From contig CBDEFM010000002.1 of assembly GCA_965237415.1 (NCBI GenBank), forward strand, positions 3,808,001 through 3,872,000: a DNA stretch of 64,000 nt. Reading direction: 5' to 3'. Origin of the DNA: Alphaproteobacteria bacterium (GTDB lineage: Bacteria; Pseudomonadota; Alphaproteobacteria; UBA828). Of the stretch, positions 19,605-28,648 are shown in pieces. The first letter of the stretch is position 1, and each line of letters begins with the position of its first letter. The translations under genes and the position numbers were made by a program. The notes under the pieces were generated by a model. It was not told where the DNA came from and did no database searches. It was given only the letters and a program-made list of their open reading frames with translations.

Positions 19605-20876
19605 ATGGCCAATCTGGACGAAGTGACCGAACGGTCCGTCATCGGCAGCGGCGGACGCGGCGACGACACCTTCAACGGCGGTGTGGACCACGACATCCTG
19701 GAAGGCGGGAGCGGCGACGACACACTGTCGGGCGGCGGCGACCGCGATCACGTCCTCGGCGGGTCGGGCAACGACTTCGTCTCGGGCGGCGACGACCGCG
19801 ACATCGTGCGCGGCGGGAGCGGCAACGATGTCGTCGATGGTGGCAAGCACGACGACTTCCTCATGGGCGACACCGGCAGCGACCACATCTTGGGCGGCCA
19901 TGGGTGGGATCGCCTCTTCGGCGGCGAAGGCAACGACTTCCTCGAAGGCGGCTCGGGAGACGACGTCCTCGTCGGCGGCGCCGGCGACGACCTCATGATC
20001 GGCGGCGCGGGCAAGGATCACTTCGTCTACCTCGAGAACGCCGGCAACGACGTCATCCGCGAGTTCGAGCTGGACAAGGACGTGATCGACCTGCGCCTTC
20101 TGCCCGAGGCGATCAGGTTCTCCGACCTTAGCATCGCCGACATGGAGGGCGGGTGCGGGGTCACGATCACCCACGAAGCCCTCGACGGCTCCATCGAGAT
20201 CAGGGGCGTCGCCGCGTCCGATCTCTCGAAATCGAACTTCAGGATGCCCGACGGAGAGACGACCAAGATCACCATTGGCGGCGCCTGGATCACCCGGCCG
20301 ACCGATACGTTCAACGGGTCGGACAGCAGCCAGCTCTATCTCGACGGCGAAGGCGACAGCACCGTCTTCGGCAATGGCGGAGAGGACCGCAACTTCGGTG
20401 GCGAGGGCGACGATCGCATCGAGGGCGGTAGCTCTGCCGACGCCCTCTACGGCGAGGAGGGCGACGACATCCTCGACGGCGGAACGGGTCCCGATCGCCT
20501 CTTCGGCGGCGAGGGAGACGATGAACTCACGGGCGGCGACGGCGGCTACAACGACCTGCTCGTCGGCGGCGAGGGAAACGATAAGCTCACGGGCGGCGCC
20601 GGTGCCGACACTTTCGTGTTCGGCCTCAATCACGGGTCCGACTGGATCACCGACTTCGGCGATGGCGCGGACGTGATCGATCTCTCGGGCCTTGAAGGGA
20701 TCTCCGGCTTCGACGATCTGCACGTGTGGTCCTTCGGAACCGCTGCGGTCGTCGATCTTGAGAGCCAGGGCGGGGGCAGTATTTGGCTCCAGGAGACGGA
20801 CGTGAGCGACCTCGATGCAGCGGACTTCGTCTTCTACGAGCCGCCCGTCGACGCAGTGCCCATCGACGGCATGTGA
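19605..20876 (+). CDS. RTX-type Ca-binding repeat protein 2
   Basis: Paralog of protein 1; starts MANL, ends PIDGM. Confidence 0.9.
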   Translation: MANLDEVTERSVIGSGGRGDDTFNGGVDHDILEGGSGDDTLSGGGDRDHVLGGSGNDFVSGGDDRDIVRGGSGNDVVDGGKHDDFLMGDTGSDHILGGHGWDRLFGGEGNDFLEGGSGDDVLVGGAGDDLMIGGAGKDHFVYLENAGNDVIREFELDKDVIDLRLLPEAIRFSDLSIADMEGGCGVTITHEALDGSIEIRGVAASDLSKSNFRMPDGETTKITIGGAWITRPTDTFNGSDSSQLYLDGEGDSTVFGNGGEDRNFGGEGDDRIEGGSSADALYGEEGDDILDGGTGPDRLFGGEGDDELTGGDGGYNDLLVGGEGNDKLTGGAGADTFVFGLNHGSDWITDFGDGADVIDLSGLEGISGFDDLHVWSFGTAAVVDLESQGGGSIWLQETDVSDLDAADFVFYEPPVDAVPIDGM

Positions 20877-21011
20877 CTGCGCCCGGCGCTGCGGGCTACC
20901 ACCGATCTGCTGACACCCGACGGTTAGCAGAGTCGTGCTCCGGCCAGGCCAGCGACCGCAGGCGTCGCTGGCCTGGCACCCTGTGGGATGCATGGGTCTA
21001 CCACACCTAAC

Positions 21012-21104
21012 CTTATGGAATGATTAGAAAAACGGTATTGGCAATCGCTCCAGCCCCACCCGAACTCCAACTGAGGTACTCGGACAGGCCAACAGGAGGC
21101 AGCG
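21012..21104 (+). promoter_or_regulatory. Conserved RTX-gene leader 3
   Basis: Same motifs and 93-nt spacing. Confidence 0.65.
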
Positions 21105-22325
21105 ATGGCCAACCTCGGTGAAGCGACGGATCAGGCCGACATCCTGATCGGCGGCTCTGGCTATGACACGATCGACGGCCGGCGCGGCGACGACATCATG
21201 GACGGCGGGAGCCAAAGCGACGTGCTCCAGGGGAACGAGGGCCGCGATGTGGTGCTCGGCGGTTCGGGCGACGACGTCGTGCGCGGTGGAGGCGGCCGCG
21301 ACATCGTGCGCGGCGGGAGCGGCGACGATTTCGTCAACGGCGGCGAGGGCGCCGACTTCCTGCGCGGGGATACTGGCGACGACCACCTCCTGGGCGCCGG
21401 AGGCAACGATCACCTTTGGGGCGGTGAGGGCAACGACACCCTCCGAGGCAGCCATGGAGACGACATCCTCATCGGCGGGTCGGGCGACGACATGATGATC
21501 GGCGGAGCGGGCGCGGATACCTTCGTCTACTTCGCGAAGGCGGACGACGATGTCATCTACGAATTCGAAGTCGACAAAGACGTCATCGACATGCGCTATC
21601 TGCCCGAGGCGATCGCGTTCGCTGACCTCTCCGTCGTCGACAAGGAGGACGGGAGCGGGGTCTGCATTGCACACGACGCGCTCGACGGCTCGATCGAGCT
21701 CAGGGTCATCGCCGCGTCGCAACTCTCCGCGTCGAACTTCGCCCTGCCGGACGGAACCGCGCCATCCCCCCACCCCACCGACTCCTCGGTCATGCTGGGC
21801 AACGCTGACGGCAACCGCCTCGTCGGCGGGGATGGACCGGACACCGTCCTGGGAGGCGAAGGGAACGACAAAATCGAAGGCCGAGGCGGTAACGACGATC
21901 TTTTCGGAGAAGAGGGCAACGACACCGTCGAGGGCGGCACGGGTCGCGACCGGCTCTTCGGCGGCGAAGGCGACGACAGGCTCGACGGCGGGACCGAAGA
22001 CGACTTTCTCCACGGCGGCGAGGGGGACGACACGCTCACGGGCGGCGCCGGCGAGGACGTGTTCGCATTCGGGGCCGAGCAGGGGAGCGACACGGTCACC
22101 GACTTCACCGACGGCGAGGACCGGATCGACCTCTCCGGCCTGGAAGGGATCGCGGGCTTCGACGACCTGGATATCGCGACCTACGGGACCACGACGGCGA
22201 TCGATCTGACCTGCTACGGCGGCGGCTTCGTCAGGCTCGAGGACACCGGCAATGCCAGCTTCGGCGCAGAAGACTTCGTGCTCTACGAGCCGTCCGCCGA
22301 CGCAGCACCCATCGACGGGATGTGA
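21105..22325 (+). CDS. RTX-type Ca-binding repeat protein 3
   Basis: Paralog of protein 1; starts MANL, ends PIDGM. Confidence 0.9.
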   Translation: MANLGEATDQADILIGGSGYDTIDGRRGDDIMDGGSQSDVLQGNEGRDVVLGGSGDDVVRGGGGRDIVRGGSGDDFVNGGEGADFLRGDTGDDHLLGAGGNDHLWGGEGNDTLRGSHGDDILIGGSGDDMMIGGAGADTFVYFAKADDDVIYEFEVDKDVIDMRYLPEAIAFADLSVVDKEDGSGVCIAHDALDGSIELRVIAASQLSASNFALPDGTAPSPHPTDSSVMLGNADGNRLVGGDGPDTVLGGEGNDKIEGRGGNDDLFGEEGNDTVEGGTGRDRLFGGEGDDRLDGGTEDDFLHGGEGDDTLTGGAGEDVFAFGAEQGSDTVTDFTDGEDRIDLSGLEGIAGFDDLDIATYGTTTAIDLTCYGGGFVRLEDTGNASFGAEDFVLYEPSADAAPIDGM

Positions 22326-22356
22326 GAGCGACCGGCGCGAATTCCCGCGAGATCGT

Positions 22357-22602
22357 TCAGGGGGATTTTCCAACCGGCGCCGAGCTCTGACACCAGTCCC
22401 GCAACGAATGGCAGAGCTCGGCGAGAATGTAGCGATCCAGGTGAGCCCTGTGGTAGACGGCATGCCAACTCAGCGGCAGCCCGTTTCGTGTCACCCTGAT
22501 CTGCTCGATATCGTCCCGTGAATGGTATTGGGCGACCGCCCAGCGGCTCAGGATCGACAGGCCGAACTCGGCCCTGACCAGCTCTATCACCGCCTCGGCC
22601 AA
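22357..22602 (-). pseudogene. LysR substrate-binding domain remnant
   Basis: EAVIELVRAEFGLSILSRWAV resembles a LysR C-terminus; no HTH. Confidence 0.6.
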
Positions 22603-22636
22603 GCCGCAATTCGGCTATTCAATCGGCGCAGAGCGC

Positions 22637-22879
22637 ATGTCGGACGGTATCGAGATCGTTCGCATCGCTCGGGGAATCAGCCGTGAGGACCTGCTGAGAC
22701 AACCCTCGATCCATACGGTGGTCAATTCCAACTCGCCGTTGATCTACGACCGCGCGACCAAGATCTGGAAGCAGCTTCTCGCCGACTACGAGGCGCCGCC
22801 GCTCGACCCTGCCATCGACGAGGAGCTCGAAGACTTCGTCGCGCGACGGGTTGCCGAAGGCGGCGTCCCGGAACGCTAG
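22637..22879 (+). pseudogene. Trimethylamine methyltransferase (MttB family) remnant, internally deleted
   Basis: TVVNSNSPL joined directly to RATKIWKQLLADYEAPPLDPAIDEEL. Confidence 0.7.
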
Positions 22880-22993
22880 CACTTTGTCGCTCACGGCAGC
22901 CGGCCTGCGGCCGGCGCCTCCGCGAGGGCGCCGCATTCGCGGCGGGCCGCGGTCGCGGCCTGTCGCGAGTCCGCTAAAGACGGACTCGCTCTG
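22876..22993 (+). repeat. ~118-bp multi-hairpin intergenic repeat, copy 1
   Basis: Inverted copy at 27119-27237. Confidence 0.85.
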
Positions 22994-23002
22994 ACGCAGC
23001 CG

Positions 23003-24385
23003 TCAGTTGCGGCGGCGCGAGACCACGAAGGATTCGTCGTAGAACCAGAGCCCGCCGCGCGCAGTGAGGACCTCGCGCGTCGCGTCGAGATAGGAGCCGT
23101 CGGAGACCACGCCCTCCAGCCGCGCGTCCTCGATCTGGGCGACGTAGATCGCCGCGTTCCACGCCGCGAAGAGGGTCGACGTGCCGATGCTGGAGCCCTC
23201 GATCTCGGTCGGGAGCGTGTGCATGTCGTAGCGGAAGATCGCCCGCCGGTCGGAATAGGCGTTGTAGTTGAGATCGCGCCGGCTCTTGCCGATCTCGGCC
23301 TTGAGCGCCTTGAGCAGCACGTGCCGGTCGGTCTGGAAGGGCCGCTCGTCGGGCCAGATCTGGCGGATGATCTCGAGCCCAGGGTCGCCGCCGTGGGACT
23401 GGATGCAGAGCAGCCGCCCGCCGGGCCCGAGGCTCCGCGAGAGCGGCGCCAGGACCTTCTTCACCTTGAAGTCGGCAGGCATCCGCGCGCGGTAGGGCTG
23501 CGAGGCGATGACCAGATCGTAGCCCTCGCTCGCGCGGCCGGGGCGCGGGATCACCGGGTCGAGCAGGAACCTGTGATCCTCGCGGTAGAGCACCAGCACC
23601 GAGGCGCGGACGTAGAGCGGGTTGCCGGTCTTGGGGCTCGCGCGCACGCGCCAGGTGTCGGCGAGGGTGGGCTGAAGGTCGGCAATCTGCTCGTGGAACT
23701 CATGGGAGGTGTTGCCCGATAAGGGGATCTCCATCCAATTCAGGGTCGCCGCCGCCTGCATCGAGCGGGGCTGCAGAGAGGGCGCCTCCGAGTAGTGCAT
23801 GTTGGTGACCACCAGCACCGTCGCCGGATGCTCGAAGAGCCGGTCCGGCATCTTCTCGAGGCAGAGGCGCACGTCCTCGACCGAGATCTCCTTGCCCACG
23901 ATGTAGAACGGCATCGTCGGGAAGCGCCGGTGCATCTGCCGCATGACCCCGGTGAGCACCGTGCCGTCGCCCATGCCTGCGTCGAACACCCGGAGCGCCG
24001 GCGGCCGCGGGTGGACGTGCCCGAGCTCCAGCCCCGCGCGCTCCGCAACCGCCCACTTCTCGCTGCAGGTGTTGACGAACATCAGGTACTTCTGGCGGTT
24101 GTCGTAGAAGCGGAAGGCGCCCCTCTCGTCGTCTCCCGCAGGCTTGGCTGGCCGGCCGGCCGAGGCTCCCGCCTGAGTGCCGTCCTTCGCAGACGCCGCC
24201 GGGTCGCGATCCGCGAGGAACTGGCGCACCCGCGCGAGCGTCGCAGCCCGCACCTGCCGCCCGTCCCGCATTCGGCCGATGAAGCGCCCGTCGCCCAGCG
24301 CCTTGCGGCTGAAGGTGGTGGGCGCTATGCCCTCCCGCTCGCAGTATTCTTCGATCGCCGCGAGGAGTTGTTGCCGCTCGTCCAT
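23003..24385 (-). CDS. HTH + SAM-methyltransferase-like conserved protein
   Basis: N-terminal HTH-like LLAAIEEYCEREGIAPTTFSRKALGDGRF; VFDAGMGDG motif I. Confidence 0.75.
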   Translation of the reverse strand: MDERQQLLAAIEEYCEREGIAPTTFSRKALGDGRFIGRMRDGRQVRAATLARVRQFLADRDPAASAKDGTQAGASAGRPAKPAGDDERGAFRFYDNRQKYLMFVNTCSEKWAVAERAGLELGHVHPRPPALRVFDAGMGDGTVLTGVMRQMHRRFPTMPFYIVGKEISVEDVRLCLEKMPDRLFEHPATVLVVTNMHYSEAPSLQPRSMQAAATLNWMEIPLSGNTSHEFHEQIADLQPTLADTWRVRASPKTGNPLYVRASVLVLYREDHRFLLDPVIPRPGRASEGYDLVIASQPYRARMPADFKVKKVLAPLSRSLGPGGRLLCIQSHGGDPGLEIIRQIWPDERPFQTDRHVLLKALKAEIGKSRRDLNYNAYSDRRAIFRYDMHTLPTEIEGSSIGTSTLFAAWNAAIYVAQIEDARLEGVVSDGSYLDATREVLTARGGLWFYDESFVVSRRRN

Positions 24386-24451
24386 GATGCTGCCCGGTCC
24401 CGCCGTTTGCTGGCGACGGATTACGCCCGCGCCGAGTGCCGGTCAAGCGTG
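24282..24451 (-). repeat. Direct repeat A: 5' end and promoter of the HTH-methyltransferase gene
   Basis: Diverged copy at 25421-25590. Confidence 0.9.
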
Positions 24452-24546
24452 GTGTTGTTCGGCGTGCAGACTGGACGCCGATCGGTGTGGCAACGTATTG
24501 ATTCCCTTTGATTCTGAGGGGTCACACGACGCCGCCGAACAACCTC
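24451..24546. mobile_element. Small MITE-like element
   Basis: Perfect 11-bp IR GTTGTTCGGCG (24454) / CGCCGAACAAC (24543). Confidence 0.5.
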
Positions 24547-24552
24547 TGACCT

Positions 24553-25323
24553 CTACCCAAACAGGTCAGCGCGGTCAGACAAGCGGCTCTCCGGGAGTTT
24601 GCCTTGATCCAACGCCAACTCTATTTCCCGCTGCCGGTCGATGATCCATTCCGGAAACGCAATCTGATGCTCTAAGACCCTCAAGGCACCAGTCGCCCAA
24701 GGATCGCACTCTTCCGTCCAAGAGTTCAGCTGGTCAACATCACCGAGCAGCGGCGAAAAAGCTATATCTTGGACAAATTCGTCCGCTAAAACGGTCGAAA
24801 ACGCAGCCTGAACCTTGTCTGCGAAGCACTCGTACGATGTTTGGTCCTCAGAACCTCCGAAATCAATGCCATCCACTTGTGTGTCGAACAGATAGCGAAT
24901 GATTGGGGGCCAGCCGTGTCTCTGATTCCACCATATGGCAGGTGTCTGCAGTTCACGAAAGCTGGTTTTCGGGTGCTCGTGAAGCTGAGAGATCGAAAGA
25001 TCAACAACTTCACCAAATTCAGTCTCAAGCCATACATGATGATCCTTATCCCAAAATCCAGCCCATCCCCCGAACTGACCTGTTGCCAATATTTTAGGAA
25101 CACACACCGAGCCTAAAGTTAATCGACTTTGGATGTCAAACTTTGCCAACAACATTTGTAATACTGCCGACGTTTGCGAACACTTCATGCAGTAAATTTT
25201 GCCGTAGTGCGCACGAGTTACGATATCAACGGTCTGAAATATTAAGCGACGCAGAAATGTAGACGTGCATCTAGTGTGGTGCGATTTTTGGATCTGCTTC
25301 TTGATGAATTGTCGTTTTATCAT
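24553..25323 (-). CDS. Low-GC hypothetical protein, possible papain/transglutaminase-like fold
   Basis: 256-aa ORF, RBS GGAG; KCSQTS..HHVWLE..VVDLS gives Cys-His-Asp order. Confidence 0.65.
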   Translation of the reverse strand: MIKRQFIKKQIQKSHHTRCTSTFLRRLIFQTVDIVTRAHYGKIYCMKCSQTSAVLQMLLAKFDIQSRLTLGSVCVPKILATGQFGGWAGFWDKDHHVWLETEFGEVVDLSISQLHEHPKTSFRELQTPAIWWNQRHGWPPIIRYLFDTQVDGIDFGGSEDQTSYECFADKVQAAFSTVLADEFVQDIAFSPLLGDVDQLNSWTEECDPWATGALRVLEHQIAFPEWIIDRQREIELALDQGKLPESRLSDRADLFG

Positions 25324-25420
25324 TGCTGCTCCAATTGCTACGTCTTGAACCGCTTGTGGCGTACGAACCCGTCACTATCTACGCGCCCCCAAATGTGGCT
25401 TTAGCCACCGGAGGTGGCCA

Positions 25421-25590
25421 AAGCGCCCGTCGCCCAGCGCCTTGCGGCCGAAGGTGGTGGGCGCCATGCCCTCGCGCTCGCAAAATTCTTCGACCGCCGC
25501 GAGGAGTTGTTGCCGCTCGTCCATGATGCTGCCTGGTCCCGACCCTTGCTGGCGACGGGTTACGCCCGCGCCGAGTGCCGGTCAAGCGTG
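25421..25590 (-). repeat. Direct repeat B: truncated duplicate 5' end of the HTH-methyltransferase gene
   Basis: Encodes MDERQQLLAAVEEFCEREGMAPTTFGRKALGDGRF, then diverges. Confidence 0.9.
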
Positions 25591-25965
25591 CGGCCGTCGC
25601 CGCTTCTGCGTATAGTCCTGACGATCCGCGTATGGGCACCCGCCCTCTCCGGGGGATGGACGGAGGACGGCATGAAGCTTAACCCGTATGTCTCACCACG
25701 GTCGCGGCCTGCGTCACGCCCAGGCGTTCGATCCGCCAGGAGCGGGCCGAAGAGCGTAGCGGTGATTACGGTTGAGGCTCGCGACGTCGCGCGGGACGCG
25801 CGCGGAGCGCACGATGCAGGCGGGCGCCTGGGCGCGACCCGAAGGGCGGCGCTCTCCGGCCGACAGCGTGCGTCACGACGCTTGCCCGATGCACCGCATC
25901 GCGCTGCGCGCCGTTCCTACTCTGCCGGCCGGAGAGCGCCGCGCAGACCACGACCCTGGTGAGAC

Positions 25966-27108
25966 ATGCGGGTTAGCACCGAGCGCATCCTCACCACGCA
26001 TGTCGGCAGCCTGCCGAGGCCGCCGGATGTCTCCGAGATGCTGCTCGCCAAGGAGGACGGCACGCTGGCCGACCGGGGCGCCTTCGACGCCCGCATGGAA
26101 GGCGCCGTCGCGGACGTGGTGCGCCAGCAGGTCGACGCCGGGGTGGACGTGGTCTCCGACGGCGAGATGAGCAAGATCGGCTATTCCACCTATATCAAGG
26201 ACCGCCTCGACGGCTTCTCCGGCGACAGCCCGCGCCGGGTGCCGGCGGACCTCGCGCTCTACCCCGACTACGTGCAGCGCATCGCGGCGCAAGGGCAGAC
26301 GCCCAAGCTCAAGCGCGCCATGTGCACGGGCGAGATCGGCATCAAGGACGAAGCCCCGCTGGAGAAGGACATCGCCAACATGGCCGCCGCGCTGGAAGGG
26401 GCGGGTGCGGTCGAGGGCTTCATGAACGCGGCCTCGCCGGGCGTGATCTCGCTGTTCCAGCCCAACCGGCACTACCCGAGCCAGGACGCCTATCTGGAGG
26501 CGCTGGCCGCCATCATGCGGGCCGAGTACGAGGCGATCCACGCGGCGGGCTTCGTGATCCAGCTCGATTGCCCCGACCTCGCCATGGGCCGGCACACCAT
26601 GTATGCGGACGAGAGCGAGGAGGCCTTCGTCGCCCACGCCGCCGCCCAAGTGGAGGCGCTCAACCACGCGCTGGCGAACATCCCCGCCGAGGCGGCGCGG
26701 CTCCACCTCTGCTGGGGCAACTACGAGGGGCCGCACGTCTGCGATATCGAGCTCGGCGCCATCTACGACGTGGTGATGAAGGCGAAGCCGCAGGCGATCT
26801 CCTTCGAGGCCGCCAACCCGCGCCACGCCCACGAGTGGGCCGTCTTCGCCGAGCGCGGCGTGCCCGAGGACAAGGTTCTCATTCCCGGCGTGATCGACTC
26901 GGTCTCCAACTTCGTCGAGCACCCGGCGCTGGTGGCCGAGCGCATCTGCCGCTTCGCCGACATCGTCGGCCGCGAGCGCGTAATCGCCGGCGCCGACTGC
27001 GGCTTCGCCACCTTCGCGGGTTTCGGCAAGATCGACCCGGCCATCTGCTACGCCAAGCTGCGCACCCTCGCAGAGGGCGCGGCCATGGCCACCGACCGGC
27101 TCTGGTAA
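25966..27108 (+). CDS. Cobalamin-independent methionine synthase II family (single-domain MetE-like)
   Basis: TTHVGSLPRP, SDGE, LHLCWGN, ADCGF. Confidence 0.92.
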   Translation: MRVSTERILTTHVGSLPRPPDVSEMLLAKEDGTLADRGAFDARMEGAVADVVRQQVDAGVDVVSDGEMSKIGYSTYIKDRLDGFSGDSPRRVPADLALYPDYVQRIAAQGQTPKLKRAMCTGEIGIKDEAPLEKDIANMAAALEGAGAVEGFMNAASPGVISLFQPNRHYPSQDAYLEALAAIMRAEYEAIHAAGFVIQLDCPDLAMGRHTMYADESEEAFVAHAAAQVEALNHALANIPAEAARLHLCWGNYEGPHVCDIELGAIYDVVMKAKPQAISFEAANPRHAHEWAVFAERGVPEDKVLIPGVIDSVSNFVEHPALVAERICRFADIVGRERVIAGADCGFATFAGFGKIDPAICYAKLRTLAEGAAMATDRLW

Positions 27109-27118
27109 GGCATGCGAG

Positions 27119-27237
27119 CTAGAGCGCGTCCGTCTTTGATGGACACGCGACAGGCCGCGACTGCGGCCCGCCGCGAATGCGGCGCCCTCGCGGAGGCGCC
27201 GGCCGCAGGCCGGCTGCCGTGAGCGACAAAATGCGAG
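27119..27237 (-). repeat. ~118-bp multi-hairpin intergenic repeat, copy 2
   Basis: Reverse complement of 22876-22993. Confidence 0.85.
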
Positions 27238-27248
27238 AGCGTTTCCGA

Positions 27249-28022
27249 ATGAAGCGGAAACGCTCGCGGCACGTCCTCGTCATCCGGCATTCCGAGATCG
27301 ACCAGCCCGGCGCCTTCGGCAGGGTGATGGAGGAGGCCGGCATCGCCTGGCATCCGCTCGACCCGTGGCAGGGCGAGCCGATGCCGCGCCTCGAAGACTA
27401 CGACGCCGTGCTCGCCATGGGCGGCCCGCAGCAGGCCGACGAGGAGCATCTCCATCCCTGGCTCGGGCCCGAGAAGGCGCTGCTGCGCGATGCGGTGGCG
27501 CGGGGCATGCCGGTGCTCGGCGTCTGCCTCGGCTGCCAGCTGCTGGCCGACGCCCACGGCGGCACCGTGGCGGCGCTGCCCAAGGGCGAGGTCGGCATCC
27601 TCGACTTCTCGCTCACCGAGGAGGGCCGCGCCGACCCCCTCTTCGCAGGGCTCCCGGCGGACCCGCTCACCATGCAATGGCACCTGAACGCGGTGACCGC
27701 GCTGCCCCGGCAAGCGGTCCTGCTCGCCTCCTCGCCGGCCTGCGCCATCCAGGCGTTCCGGCTGGGCGAGAGCGCCTACGGCGTGCAGTTCCACATGGAG
27801 GTGGACGCGGAACTGGTGCAGGCGACCGAGGCCTTCCCCGAGTACGTCGCGGCGCTGGAGCGCGAGCAGGGCGCGGGCGCGTTCGACCGCATGGTTGCCG
27901 CGACGGCAGCCAAGGAAGAGACGCTGCGCGCGAACGGCGGCCGGCTCTTCCAGAACTTCGTCGGCTTGATGAACAGTAGCAGCAAGCGCCGCCCGGCGGC
28001 GCAACGGCACGTAACGCATTAG
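27249..28022 (+). CDS. Class I glutamine amidotransferase
   Basis: MGGP, LGVCLGCQL, QWH, GVQFHME. Confidence 0.9.
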   Translation: MKRKRSRHVLVIRHSEIDQPGAFGRVMEEAGIAWHPLDPWQGEPMPRLEDYDAVLAMGGPQQADEEHLHPWLGPEKALLRDAVARGMPVLGVCLGCQLLADAHGGTVAALPKGEVGILDFSLTEEGRADPLFAGLPADPLTMQWHLNAVTALPRQAVLLASSPACAIQAFRLGESAYGVQFHMEVDAELVQATEAFPEYVAALEREQGAGAFDRMVAATAAKEETLRANGGRLFQNFVGLMNSSSKRRPAAQRHVTH

Positions 28023-28039
28023 AGGTAAGGAGAGGGGGC

Positions 28040-28446
28040 ATGGACGGCCAAGCGGCGTCGCGCGGGACGCGCGCGGAACACATGGCTCGAGGCGGCGCGC
28101 TTCTGTGGGAGGCGTGGCGGGAGCGCAGGCAGATCGACGCACTGCCGGCCGACTGCCGGCCGGGGACTCTGGACGAGGCCTACGCGGTGCAGGACGGGCT
28201 CGCGGAGAGCGCGGGCCTCGCCGTCGCGGGCTACAAGATCGGCGCGACCAACGCCCAGGTGCAGGCGCGCTTCGGCGTGGACGCCCCGTTCTCGGGCCGC
28301 CTCTTCGCGGACTTCGTGGGCGGGAGCCCGCTCACCGTGCCCGCGAACACCGTGAACTTCTACGCGATCGAGGCGGAGTTCGACTTCGTCATGGGCCGGG
28401 CCTTGGCCCCGCGCGACGCGCCCTATACGCGCGAAGACGTGCGGGC
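28040..28446 (+). pseudogene. 2-keto-4-pentenoate hydratase/FAH-family gene truncated by IS21
   Basis: EAYAVQ, GYKIGAT, IEAEF; homology stops at the IS21 end. Confidence 0.8.
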
Positions 28447-28648
28447 TGTCAAACGGCTTTCAATACTGACCCCCGATCGGCGTGCAAAATTGACCCCCCT
28501 GAGTGGCACGGCAGAGGTTGTCCCGGTAGTCAATAGGGGGGACCCGCGTGGCTTCGTGTAGCGCCCCGCGTTACGCGGAGCGAAGCCGCGTGGGGGGTCC
28601 CTGTTGGCCCACCGGGGCAACCGGGCCGCAGGGACGGCCGGCGCCAGG

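Noticed and set aside
18082-22325. Periodic repeats as a CRISPR array
   Set aside because: They are coding nonapeptide repeats; no constant repeat/unique spacer pattern and no cas genes
18049-22463. Three ~475-aa minus-strand ORFs
   Set aside because: Antisense shadows of the GC-rich RTX genes
24454-24543. Integron attC site
   Set aside because: Order is GTT..AAC, the reverse of attC (RYYYAAC..GTTRRRY), and no IntI-type integrase is present
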